From Takakia lepidozioides (lineage: Eukaryota; Plantae; Bryophyta): a DNA stretch of 64,000 bases. Under the pieces are notes generated by a model. The model did no database searches. It saw only the letters and a list, made by a program, of their open reading frames with translations, and was not told the DNA's origin. Below, piece by piece: positions 13,221 to 23,875 of the stretch; position 1 is the stretch's first letter; each line of letters begins with the position of its first letter. The stretch covers positions 78,058,001 to 78,122,000 of the forward strand of contig CM060732.1 of assembly GCA_030704615.1 (NCBI GenBank), read 5' to 3'. The translations under genes were made by a program, and so were the position numbers.

Positions 13221-13930
13221 AAATATCCAAAAAGCCAAAATTCAGGTGTTGAGAAGCTTCGGAACTATTGTTTTCCAAAACCCCGTCAATAGCGGGACAG
13301 TCGAGGCAGAACGATCCATTCTGGGGGACGAGATTTCAAGCACGAGACGGATTGAGAGCTGCAAGAAACCTCCGTCGGTGGATTGCAGTTAGTGCCAAAT
13401 ATCCAAAATTTGGACCAGGAGAAGCTTTGGAGAGAGTAATTTCCAAACCAAAGTCATTGTTGGGACAATCGAGGCCCCTACACATTTCGAGCATGGGAGT
13501 AGCAGCGAGGGGGTGACGGATTGATGGCTACAAGAAACTGGGGAAGCTGGTTGCAGTGCAGCTGGGCCAAATATCCAAATTTTTGAAGATTTGGACAAGG
13601 AGAAGCTTTGGAAAGAATAAGTTCCAAACTAAAGTCATTGTTGGGACAGTGGAGACAGAAAGGTCCATCCTACACATTTTAAGCATGAGAGTACCAGTGA
13701 GCCGAGTACGGATTGATAGCTACAAGAGGGTGGACGGTGAATTAGAGAAGTTGGATGGAGCTAGGGCCAAATATCCAAAAATTGAAAATAGAGTCAAGGA
13801 GAAGGTTTCAAAGGAACACTTTCCAAATACCAGCCAACAGAGGGACAATCGAGGTACAAATCCACCAGATTTCAAGCACAAGAGTAGTAATGAGAGGCTA
13901 TTGATGGATAGCTACAGGAAACCTCTATGG
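13221..13930 (+). repeat. Four degenerate tandem ~170-200 bp units at the 5' end of the PPR gene
   Basis: Units anchored by aaatatccaaa at ~13222, 13398, 13569 and 13769. Each is followed by gagaag(c/g)tt..ttccaaa..gggaca(a/g)t..(g)gattga..gct(a/g)caag; the peptide AKYPK recurs. Confidence 0.75.
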
Positions 13931-16900
13931 TTAGATGGTCAACTGAAAGCAGTGGAAGTGCAGTTGTTGGAGTCAGGGACCTGCACCATGACAACCTCTT
14001 TTGAAAGATATGGGAGTTTGAGGACACTATGTAAGGCAGGACAATTGAAAGAGGTGCTGCAGATTTTGAACCAAGAAAACATTGCCGTAGACTCCAAAAC
14101 TTATGTCTGTCTCCTGCAAGAGTGCATCAAGACCAAACGCCTAGCAGAGGGAAAGCAGGTGCATGCACACATTATCCAAAGTGGATTCAAGCCAGACATA
14201 TATCTATACAACACTCTCGTCAACATGCATGCCAAGTGCGGGAACATTCTGGATGCACGCCTAGTGTTTGACAAAATGCCTGAACGATGCTTGATTACAT
14301 GGAATATAATGATAGCAGGATATGCCAAGCAGGGATATTGTGTTGAGGCCTTTGAAACCTATGAGCAAATGATGAGAGAAGGGGTGACACCCAACGAGGT
14401 CACATTCATTTGTGTTCTCAGGGCATGTGCCAGCCTGGCAGCCCTGGAGAAGGGCAAAGATGTCCATGCTGACATCATGAAAGCAGGAATTGTGCCTAAC
14501 ATCCTTCTGGACACTACCCTCGTTGATATGTATGCCAAATGCGGGAGCATTGCGAATGCAAAGATTGTGTTTGACAATATGGCTGATCGAAATGTGGTCT
14601 CATGGAATGCCATGATCACTGGCTACGCCCAGCATGGGTGTGGGATGGAGGCTTTGGACACCTATGAGGAGATGACACGGGAAGGAGTGAAACCCGATCA
14701 GGTCACATTTGTTTGTGCTTGCAATGCTTGTGCCAGCCTTGCAGCCCTCGAAAAGGGCAAAGAGGTTCATGCTGACATACTGAAAGCTGGAATTGTACCA
14801 GATATCATTCTGGACAATACCCTTGTGGACATGTATGCCAAATGCGGGAGCATCAAGGATGCAAAGGGAGTGTTCGACAACATGGTCAAACGAAATGTGG
14901 TGTCCTGGAATGCGATGATCGCAGGATATGCCCAGCATGGTTGTGGTATGGAGGCTTTGGAGACCTATGAACAAATGATGCTGGAAGGGGTGAGGCCCAA
15001 CCAGGTCACATTCGTTTGCATTAGCATTGCGTGTGCCAGCCTGTCAGCGTTGGCAAAGGGCAAAAACATCCATGCTGCCATCTTGAGGGCTGGAATTGTG
15101 CCAAATATCATCTTGGACACCGCCCTCGTGAACATGTATGCCAAATGTGGGAGCATTGAGGATGCAAAGGGAGTTTTTGACAATATGGCAGAACGAAACG
15201 TGGTCTCATGGAATGCCATGATTGCAGGATATTCCCAGCATGGTTGTGGGATGGAGGCTTTGGAGACCTATCAGCAAATGATGTGGGAAGGGGTGAAGCC
15301 CGACCATGTCACGTTTGTTTCCGCCTGTAATGCATGTGCCAGCCTGGCAGCCCTGGAAAAGGGCAAAAAGGTTCATGCTGACATTATGAGAGCTGGAATT
15401 GTACCAGATATCATTCTGGACAATACCCTTGTGGACATGTATGCCAAATGTGGGAGCATTGAAGATGCAAAGGTAGTGTTTGACAATATGGCTGAGCGAA
15501 ATGTGGTCTCATGGAATGCGATGATTGCAGGATATGCCCAGCACGGTGGTGGGATGGAGGCTTTGGAGACCTATGAGCAAATGATGCAGGAAGGGGTGAA
15601 GCCTGATCAGGTAACCTTTGTTTGCACTTGCAATGCATGTGCCAGCCTGGCAATCCTGGAAAAGGGCAAAAGTGTCCATTCTGACATCATCAAAGCTAGA
15701 GTTGTACCTGATATCATTCTGAGCAATACCCTCGTGGACATGTATGCCAAATGCGGGAGCATCGAGGATGCAAAGGGAGTGTTTGACAGTATGGCTGAGC
15801 GAGATGTGGTGTCATGGAATGTGATGATCGCAGGATATGCCCAGAATGGGTGGTGGCTAGAGGCTATGGAGACCTACGAGCAAATGATGCTGGAAGGGGT
15901 GGAGCCTGACCAGGTCACATTTGTGAGCATTTGCAATGCATGTGCTAGCTTGGCAGCCCTTGATAAAGGCAAAAGTGTCCATGCTGACATCATGAAATCT
16001 GGAATTGTGCCTAATGTCATCTTGGACACTACCCTTGTGGACATGTATGCCAAATGTGGAAGCATCAAAGATGCAAAGGGGGTGTTTGACAATATGGCTG
16101 AACGAAATGTGGTCACATGGAATGCGATGATCGCAGGTTATGCCCAGCATGGTGGTGGGATAGAGGCTTTACAGGCCTATGAGAAAATGGTACTGGAAGG
16201 AGTGAAGCCCAATCGGGTCACATTCATTTGCATTGGCAATGCGTGTGCCAGCCTGGCAGCCCTGGAAAAGGGCAAAGGTGTCCATGCTGACATAAAGAAA
16301 GCTGGAATTGTGCCAGATATCATCTTGGACACTACCCTTGTGGACATGTATGCCAAATGTGGGAGCATCAAGGATGCAAAGGGAGTGTTTGACAATATGG
16401 CTGAACGAAATGTGATCTCATGGAATGCGATGATTGCAGGATATGCCCAACATGGTGGTGAGATGGAGGCCTTGGAGAGCTATGAGCAAATGATTTGGGA
16501 AGGAGTGAAGCCTGACCAGGTCACATTCATTTCCATTTGCAATGCTTGTGCCAGCCTGGCAGCCCTGGAAAAGGGAAGATGTGTCCATGCTGACATCACA
16601 AAAGCTGGAATTGTGCCCAATGTCATCTTGAATACTACCCTTGTCGACATGTATGCCAAATGTGGGAGCATCCAGGATGCAAAGAGAGTATTTGACAACA
16701 TGTCTGAACGAACTGTTGTATCATGGAATGCGATGATCGCAGGATATGCCCAGCATGGCAGTCATAGGAAGGCCCTGCAATTATTTCAAAGAATGCAAAA
16801 GGAAGGCTTGAAGCCGAACACTGTCACCCTTACATGTGTTCTCTCTGCATGTAGTCATGGGGGCCTAGTGGATGAAGGAAGACACTACTTTGATTCCCTG

Positions 16901-17176
16901 AATCAAGATCATGGCTTCACTCCTACAGTGGAGCACATTGGGTGCATGGTAGACCTTCTTGGCCGTGCGGGGCAATTGGCTGAGGCAGAGGGTTTCATTA
17001 ACAAGATGTCAACAAGACCGGATGCTGTGGTGTGGAAAGCCTTGCTTGGTGCATGCAGAATCCATGGCAATGTGGAGGTGGCTGAACGTGCGGCAAAATC
17101 AATTCTTAAGCAGGATCGACAGGAAGCTGCTACTTATCTGTTGCTATCAAACATCGATGCTGCAGCTGGCATGTAG
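13556..17176 (+). CDS. PLS-class pentatricopeptide repeat protein (organellar RNA-editing-factor type), truncated in E2; true start uncertain (first in-frame ATG 13685)
   Basis: Intronless ORF with nine L1-S1-P triplets spaced exactly 303 bp apart (tatgccaaatg at 14531, 14834, 15137...16652), followed by L2-S2-E1. Stops at AAAGM-TAG where W (TGG) is expected. Confidence 0.93.
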   Translation: MQLGQISKFLKIWTRRSFGKNKFQTKVIVGTVETERSILHILSMRVPVSRVRIDSYKRVDGELEKLDGARAKYPKIENRVKEKVSKEHFPNTSQQRDNRGTNPPDFKHKSSNERLLMDSYRKPLWLDGQLKAVEVQLLESGTCTMTTSFERYGSLRTLCKAGQLKEVLQILNQENIAVDSKTYVCLLQECIKTKRLAEGKQVHAHIIQSGFKPDIYLYNTLVNMHAKCGNILDARLVFDKMPERCLITWNIMIAGYAKQGYCVEAFETYEQMMREGVTPNEVTFICVLRACASLAALEKGKDVHADIMKAGIVPNILLDTTLVDMYAKCGSIANAKIVFDNMADRNVVSWNAMITGYAQHGCGMEALDTYEEMTREGVKPDQVTFVCACNACASLAALEKGKEVHADILKAGIVPDIILDNTLVDMYAKCGSIKDAKGVFDNMVKRNVVSWNAMIAGYAQHGCGMEALETYEQMMLEGVRPNQVTFVCISIACASLSALAKGKNIHAAILRAGIVPNIILDTALVNMYAKCGSIEDAKGVFDNMAERNVVSWNAMIAGYSQHGCGMEALETYQQMMWEGVKPDHVTFVSACNACASLAALEKGKKVHADIMRAGIVPDIILDNTLVDMYAKCGSIEDAKVVFDNMAERNVVSWNAMIAGYAQHGGGMEALETYEQMMQEGVKPDQVTFVCTCNACASLAILEKGKSVHSDIIKARVVPDIILSNTLVDMYAKCGSIEDAKGVFDSMAERDVVSWNVMIAGYAQNGWWLEAMETYEQMMLEGVEPDQVTFVSICNACASLAALDKGKSVHADIMKSGIVPNVILDTTLVDMYAKCGSIKDAKGVFDNMAERNVVTWNAMIAGYAQHGGGIEALQAYEKMVLEGVKPNRVTFICIGNACASLAALEKGKGVHADIKKAGIVPDIILDTTLVDMYAKCGSIKDAKGVFDNMAERNVISWNAMIAGYAQHGGEMEALESYEQMIWEGVKPDQVTFISICNACASLAALEKGRCVHADITKAGIVPNVILNTTLVDMYAKCGSIQDAKRVFDNMSERTVVSWNAMIAGYAQHGSHRKALQLFQRMQKEGLKPNTVTLTCVLSACSHGGLVDEGRHYFDSLNQDHGFTPTVEHIGCMVDLLGRAGQLAEAEGFINKMSTRPDAVVWKALLGACRIHGNVEVAERAAKSILKQDRQEAATYLLLSNIDAAAGM

Positions 17177-17591
17177 GATAGTACTGTGGAGGTGCGAAAA
17201 TGATGAAGGTCAGAGGCCACGGAAGGAGCCTCTTTGTAGCTGCATCGAGGTCGACTGGCTGCACTCATTCGTGGTAGACGACAAATTGCATCCACAAAAT
17301 GAGGAAATCCATGCTAAGCTGATAAGATTATCTGAACACATGAAGAAGGCAGGTTATGTGTCAGACACACTCTGTATTGCATTATGTGGGTGATGAGCCA
17401 AAGGAATTTTCTCTTTGTCACCAAAAGCTTTTGGGCTGCCCCTGGGATGCCTCTGTATCATCCGGAACCTTCGGGTGTGTGGTGATTGCTATAGGGCACC
17501 AAGTCAAGAATGTTGGCTGAACAATTTTATGGGATGCAAAGTGCTTCATCATTTCCAAGATAGGGTCTATTCCGGTGGAGAGTACTGGTGA
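17177..17591 (+). pseudogene. Decayed E2/E+/DYW cytidine deaminase tail of the PPR gene
   Basis: Fragments RKEPLCSCIEV, HSFVVDDKLHPQNEEIH, MKKAGYV, LCH..KL..FG (HxE motif deleted), NLRVCGDC, HHFQD and terminal GEYW-TGA (17583-17591), spread over several frames. Confidence 0.88.
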
Positions 17592-17859
17592 AACATTTTT
17601 TTTTTTTCACGAGTATGAGTGTCTTCCTTCATTCATTTAAACTATCCAGTTTCTTGGTTATCCACCATTCGCTGAAAATGATGGCTATAATGTACTGTTG
17701 AGGGTGTTTCCTCGGTGGAATATCAACCTTGAGAGCCTATTGTGGGGTCTACCCACCAGGTGGTGGAAACTCACAATGCAATGTAACGTGCTCCTGCATG
17801 GCCAATGGTAGTCATTAAGTTTTGATGTACAGGGTGGTGTAACTCATGCTAGTTTTTTT

Positions 17860-18570
17860 TTTGTTTTTCTTCAACACTCCCCCTCCGTCCCTGCCTCCTT
17901 GTCTCTCTTACTCCTCTTTCCCGCTCTTCTTTCATTTCTTGTTTTTTTCCGTTTGCGTACTCACTGTGCGGGTGGCTGGCTGGCTGGCTTGTCGCGCACA
18001 GGCAGGAGCAAGCAGGCCGCCGACGCCAGCACACTTCACCCCGGTACATCCCTGCACTCGTCAGGTTTTTGCTTGTTGTGTATTTTTTGTTTTCCTTCGC
18101 CACTCTCTCTGCCTCCCTGCCACCCTGTCTCTCTGCTTTTTGGATGTCATTCTCCCTCCCTGCCTCTGTCTCTCTCCCTTTCTTTTTTACTTTCTTGTTC
18201 TTTTTTTGTTTGTGTGCTCACTGTGTGCTGGTGGTGTGTTGGCCACTCGCTGGCTGGCTGGCAGGTAGCGCGCGGGCGGGAGCAATCAGGCTGCTGCAGC
18301 AGCAGCAAGCACACCCCCGCCGCAGCAGGTAAACCCCTGCACTCGTTGGTGTTTTGCCTGATGTTTTCTTTGTCTTCACCACTCTCTCTTCCTCCTTGTC
18401 GCTCTCCTTTCTTCCTCTCTTCTTTCCTTCTTTTAATTTTAATTTTTATTGTGTGCTGACTGTGCGGGTGGGTGGGCAGCTGGCTGGCTTGCAGGTCAGG
18501 CATGTACGGGAGCAAGCAGGTCACCGTCGCACCAGCAGCCAGCCACCAGCAGCAGGCCCCGGCACTTGGT
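17860..18570. repeat. About three degenerate tandem ~250-bp units (pyrimidine tracts + gtgctcactgtg..(gctg)n..ggagcaa..cctgcactcg)
   Basis: Core starts at ~17955, ~18212 and ~18452; cctgcactcg at ~18051 and ~18336. Confidence 0.7.
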
Positions 18571-19179
18571 TTTGTAAACAGTCATGCTGAAGCATGGAGC
18601 CCTTTATATGCTGGTTCTGCTCCTTATGTCATAGGAGGGTACGCTGCTGGACAGTCTTTATTTGATGGTTGAAGCTCTCTCCAGGCCCAAACAAAATTGA
18701 TGCAGATGATATACTCAGAAGCCTTTAACCTAGGGGATGCATGTGGTGTCGCCCAGTTACTGCGCAGCGTAGTGCAGTTGCATCGTCTGCTACAATTGCT
18801 CCAGGATCCAATTATCCAATTTTCCAATTTATCCAATTCAATAAACTGGCGCAACGCCGGTTAACAGAAGTGCCGCCTTGAAAGCCTTTGCTATTGACAG
18901 AGATGGCTCTATTTGGTGATTCTGGGTAACGAACGACCTTCACTGAAATCCACACTGCCCCTAAACTGGAAGCGCTGCCATATTTGGGGCAGATGTCTTC
19001 CCCCTCCTCACATTGCATCCCCTGTGAGATGAGAGGTTCTTGTTAAGGTTGGGTTCAATCCACTGATTGGTGTCACAAAGGTGTCCACCTTCCCGCTAGA
19101 AGGCACTAGCCCTTCGGGGTCAACAGACACCATAATTTACACTTCCTTCTGGTGGCTTCATATATGTATATATGTATCT

Positions 19180-19785
19180 GTGCGGCTACCTCATTTCAGT
19201 CTGCTATATAGCTTACAGGTTATGCTTAGGGTCTGAGGGCGATACCACACTGCGGCAAGAGGGGCAGTGGCACTCAATTTCGAACCCTCCTATTGGTTTA
19301 AGGGAGGGCAGTGTGCCGCACTGCCTACCACACTAGGGGCTGCTGCCGGCCGAGAGGTGTTGACATGGCTCCGACCTGGCGCCTACATGTCACATTACCG
19401 TGAAATACGGATTTCCAGGCAGTGTCCCCTGCAAATCCACAATTTTAGGAAGACATTTTGTCATGGCGCGATTCTCCCCCCCGGGGCAAAGCTAATCTCT
19501 CTAACCCCGTCGTGCTATGGTCTCTCCTACCGATTTTTTTGTCGCTGGGCTTTTGCAAGTGTGGTAGCCGAGTCATTGCCGCTTGGTGACATGGACCTAT
19601 ATCATCCAACAATCCCTAGCCTGCAACGTCCACGTCAGTGCCCTTGTTGTGCCGCTAGTGTGGGGCATTTTTCCATTGCAGGCTACCGGAGAGCCCAAGG
19701 TGTGAATGAGAATACAACAGCTGTCTGCCAAGACCTTACGGAGGGAAGTCCACGTTGTACATGGCAGTTTGTGATTGGCTGTTAA
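19180..19785 (+). mobile_element. Putative relic of a tyrosine-recombinase (DIRS/Ngaro-like) retrotransposon: methyltransferase-like segment followed by YR N-terminal domain
   Basis: RLPHFS..GSEG..Q..NPPIGL (19182-19300) resembles the DIRS MT-like LPRFNS..G.EG.DAF..NPP motif. SYRFFCRW...LP...LY...AASVGHFSIAGYRRAQG...AVCQDLTEG resembles the YR SAM-like N-terminal domain. Heavily decayed. Confidence 0.5.
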
Positions 19786-20043
19786 GAGTTAAGATGAGCA
19801 TTTCAAGCATAAGGTCATGTGTGAAGGTGCTACGTGTCAATCATTTATAGGTATTGTACTTGCAGCGATTATGCCAAAGGAGGTGTCACTAAAATACAAA
19901 GAGCCAATGTCCCTCGTTTATTTTAAGACAAAAACACAAAGATAAATTGAGCAGCTGGAAATAAGCCCAAGTGGGATTATGTCAGGCCCGCCCCAATCAC
20001 ATAGTTTAACATAACATTTTTCATCTTGAGGTAACACCTAATC

Positions 20044-20246
20044 AGCTCAGTTGGTAAAGTGCACTGAGTGCCATCCGGATGACCCTGGGGGTCAAATCCT
20101 GCTACTTGACGGGTGTTGCGCGGTGACGCATCTGAAAGCCTTACGGCGAGGTTACTTAGAGGTTATTTTCTCCTCTCTCTATCAAGGGGCCTGATTTGTG
20201 AGCTGTCGCTCCCAGGTGTTTCCCTTTTAAAAAAAAAAAAAAAAAA
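20044..20246 (+). mobile_element. tRNA-derived SINE with poly(A) tail and 11-bp TSD
   Basis: A-box-like agctcagttgg, B-box-like ggggtcaaatcc, A18 tail at 20229-20246, perfect direct repeat aacacctaatc at 20033-20043 and 20245-20255. Confidence 0.88.
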
Positions 20247-20426
20247 CACCTAATCGGTCCGAAATCGGGCAGCCACAACTAAGATGGCGGTCGCTAGAGG
20301 AGAGGACAAGTGAACAGCCAAATGTGGCGGTGCATGTGGCCCACATGGCAATTGCATGTTACAATTAAAACCTTTGACCCTAGGGTAGAACACACCAGTT
20401 CATAGGGGTAGGGTAATATCCGGGTA

Positions 20427-23017
20427 TCAATATGTGAAGCGAGGTTGTTTGTTTGTTTGTTTTGTTTTGTTTTGTAGCGTTGAGATGTCCCAAACCACGG
20501 GCCAGAGGTACCATTGGAAAGCCCTCCGAGGAGGGGTGCACCGGCTTGGTCTCAAGAATTTTTAGACCTAAGGTGTGGGAAATGTTGAATTTCAAGTACT
20601 TTTGGTCGCTGGAAGTTCGTGAAAAATAGCAAAGTGGGCTTTCCTGGGACAATCATTGGATATATCAATATATAAAGCATCGACATAGGAGATTGCAAAA
20701 GTAGCAAAGTGAGGATCTCTGGGTTGCCAACTGGTGTGCATGCTTTATGGCCCCTCTGGGGTTTAATTTTTCCCCATTCAAATAAAGTTCAGGGCTTCAT
20801 CCCTTTGAAAAAAAAAAAAAATGGGCTTGCCCCAGTGTCCAGTGTCATCTAAGTATCCAGAGACCCTACAACTTGGAAGATCTCCACGTCATTGTTCCAG
20901 ACATGCTATCCATCACATATGAGGATGGATGTCATTATTTCAATGTTTTACGGCATTTCTTTTCATATACAATATTGTTCTCCTTCGTCTCGACATAGGA
21001 GACACACTTGGATAGATAAGGGATTGCAATTGGACTTACACAGCAGTGGACACTTGGGCCAATGGCACATGCTACCCTAGTCAATATGTGAGGCCAGATA
21101 GTTAGTTAGTTAGTTTTGTTTTGTTTTGTAGCGTTGAGATCTTTTAAACCACCGGCCCAGCCCTGGTGCTTGGTACCGTTGGAAAGCCCTTGATGAGGAC
21201 GGGTGCACCGACTTGGTCTCATAAGTTTTGGACCCGGCAGTGTGGGAGATATGGAATTCAAGTACTTTTGGTCGCTGGAAATTCGTGAAAAATAGCAAAG
21301 TGGATTTTCTTGGAACAATGATTGGATACATTACTACTCAATAAATTCATGGAAAAACACCCATCACATACGAAGATGGATATCCTTATTTCAATATTTT
21401 ATGTCATTTCATTTCATATTCATACAATATTGTTCTCCTTCATCTACAAAGAAGCATGCCTCCTAGCCTCGACATAGGAGACGCACGTGGATATATAAGG
21501 GATTGCACTTGGACTTAGATATCACTGGACGCTTGGGCCAATGGCACATGCTACCCTAGTCAATATATGAAGCCGGATAGTTTGTTTGTTTGTTTTGTTG
21601 GGTAGCGTTGAGATATCTCAAGGGGCCAGCCCTGGTGCTTGGTACCATTGGAAAGCCTTCGATGAGGAGGGATGCACTGACTTGGTCTCATAAACATTTG
21701 GACCTGCAGTGTGGGAGATGTCGAATTTCAAGTACTTTTGGTAGCTGGAAATTCGTGAAAAATAGCCAAGTGGGCTTTCTTGGGACAACGATTGGATATA
21801 TTCCTACTCAATATGGAAAAAAATAAATTGATTTTTCTGGAATATAAAATGACTGTATAGTATGTGCTCAACGACACAGTCCACATAATGTAGTCCAAGA
21901 TCTTATGTGGTGTGCCGCAAAATTGTATATACGAAAGTATTAAGATAAACTTCTAACTCTTTCACCAAATTCCAATCTCTGAATCACATTACATTGTTGC
22001 TCATTTTGTTCATGTTTACAACATTCTTTAAACATTAGTTCATTCGTGTACTACACATTCTTTGTAACTAAACAAGCATCCAACTTCATTTTAGTACATC
22101 GATTTCAGCATGGGCCTCGACATAGGAGACACACTTGGATGCATATGAGATTGCACTTAGACTTAGATGACATTGGACACTTGGGCTAATGACATAGGCT
22201 ACCCTGGTCAATATATAAAACAAGGTAGTTTGCATGTTTGTTTGTTAGTTTTGTCCCGCAAAGGAATAGAGCCATTGTGGAGACTTCTTCCCCAGGCGGA
22301 GCTAGGCAGGAGAACTAGACTTATCCATTAAGCCATATGGAGGGTTGATGGGCCCGCAAGGGATAGAGGCCTTGTCATGGTCCATGACTCATAGAGACAT
22401 CTTGCCTCGGGCGAGAACTAGGCTTATCCATTAAGCCTAGTCTATGGAGGGTTGATGGCCATGATTCATGAGGCCTTGCAAAAAGTATAAAACAACAACC
22501 CCAAAATCACCTAAGGAGAGAGCCTCTTGTGGCAAAGCAGCTTGTTTTGTTTTGTTTTGTAGTGTTGAGATCTCCCAAACTGCGGGCCAGCCTTGGTGCT
22601 TGGTACCTTTGCAAAGCCCTCGATGAGGAGGAGGGGTGCACCGACTTGGTCTCATAATTTTTGGACATGCGGTGTGTGAGATATGGAATTTAAAGTACTT
22701 TTGGTTGCTGAAAATTCGTGAATAATATCAAAGTGGGATTTCCTAGATCAATGATTGAACTTATATATTATTAGTCAATAAATTCATGGAAAAAAATAAA
22801 TTGGTTTTTTCAAAATATGAAGCAAGGTAGTTTGTTTGTTTGTTTGTTTGTTTTGTTTTGTAATGTTGAGATTTCTCAACCATGGCCCCAGCCCTAGCCC
22901 CGGTGCTTGGTACCGTTGCAAAGCCCACCATGAGGAGGGGTGCACCGACTTGGTCTCATAATTTTTGGTCTCAATAACCCTCTGACCTCACTTGGGCCAA
23001 CGGCACAGGCTACCCTC
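20427..23017 (+). mobile_element. Head-to-tail array of non-autonomous Helitron-like units (about five copies of a ~270-bp module with a (GTTT)n microsatellite)
   Basis: First unit begins A|TCAATATG at 20427. Junctions CTAG|TC at 21080/81 and 21559/60 and CTGG|TC at 22207/08, each preceded by cacttgggc(c/t)aatg(g/a)ca. The module ttgagat..ggtaccattggaaagccc..ggtgcaccgacttggtctcataa recurs at ~20480, 21135, 21610, 22565 and 22865. Confidence 0.75.
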
Positions 23018-23875
23018 ATATGTGGCGGGGTCTGGGTATGTAGAAATCCAGGTATATGAGGGTAAATCATATACCCGCCCAACACTCGTGAGTTACCTCG
23101 CTGCATGTGGATGAAACGATCGGCGGCCTCCTGGATGACGTGGAACGATTACAGGGAAGATAATCTATTATCGCGTCATATCTGAGACTCCAGACGCGAT
23201 CCTGACTCTTGAAAAATGTCTCGTACTAGTGAAGAGTATAACTGCACATATGACGGCATCTTGGTTGAAAGTCATTGCAAACGACCACTCAATAATTTGG
23301 ATAGATGAACGGTCTTAGGATTCTTCTTGTGTAATGATGGGAGAACAAGTACCCATTAAATGGGAAGAGACGGCTGATCAAACGAGATGAATGCACGCAT
23401 GGCAAGCCCACTGCTACGATGGTACGTAGGGTGGCCTCATTACATTGGGGGGGAAGGAGTTGAATGCAAGCGTGGAAGCATGGTAAGCATGGCCAGCTTC
23501 TGGAAAACTTTGTAAATGAGAGGTGTGTAGCACGGTTATTTTACTTTAGATGAGAACACGTGGTTGGCATGGGAGTAGCAGCTGCCGGAGCTTTCGCGCT
23601 GGTCAGATTCCTTCAATTTTGGAGCAAACTGTTCCTGTAGAGTTCTGATGCTGAGTTGGTACTGAAGATTGTCAAACGATTCTGGATGTAGACTTGTAAG
23701 AGTGAATGGAAATTATACTCCCTAGAATGATGATATGGAAATCACTTTCAATCCTGAAGAGCTCTGATCAGGAACTCTGTATCCAAGTTTCATAGGTCCA
23801 CAAAATTAGAATGAACATGCATTCTGAGCTCTACGAACATAAAATTAAAGATCAGATATCTGGGTGCCCAAATGG

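Noticed and set aside
14101-16701. Repeated antisense ORFs opposite the PPR gene
   Set aside because: They are shadow frames of the 303-bp coding repeat, with no independent evidence.
17174-17176. Stop codon repaired by RNA editing
   Set aside because: This is a nuclear gene, and downstream frameshifts plus the deleted HxE motif would still inactivate the DYW domain.
20044-20105. tRNA gene
   Set aside because: A and B boxes are present but there is no complete cloverleaf or acceptor stem. The poly(A) tail and TSD identify it as a SINE.
20427-23017. CRISPR-like or coding interpretation of the repeated modules
   Set aside because: The units are hundreds of bp long, diverged, have no unique spacers of constant length and no cas genes nearby. 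The context is eukaryotic, and the small ORFs here are repeat-derived.
23727-23768. C/D box snoRNA (ATGATGA...CTGA)
   Set aside because: The boxes are only ~40 nt apart, with no terminal stem or recognisable rRNA guide.
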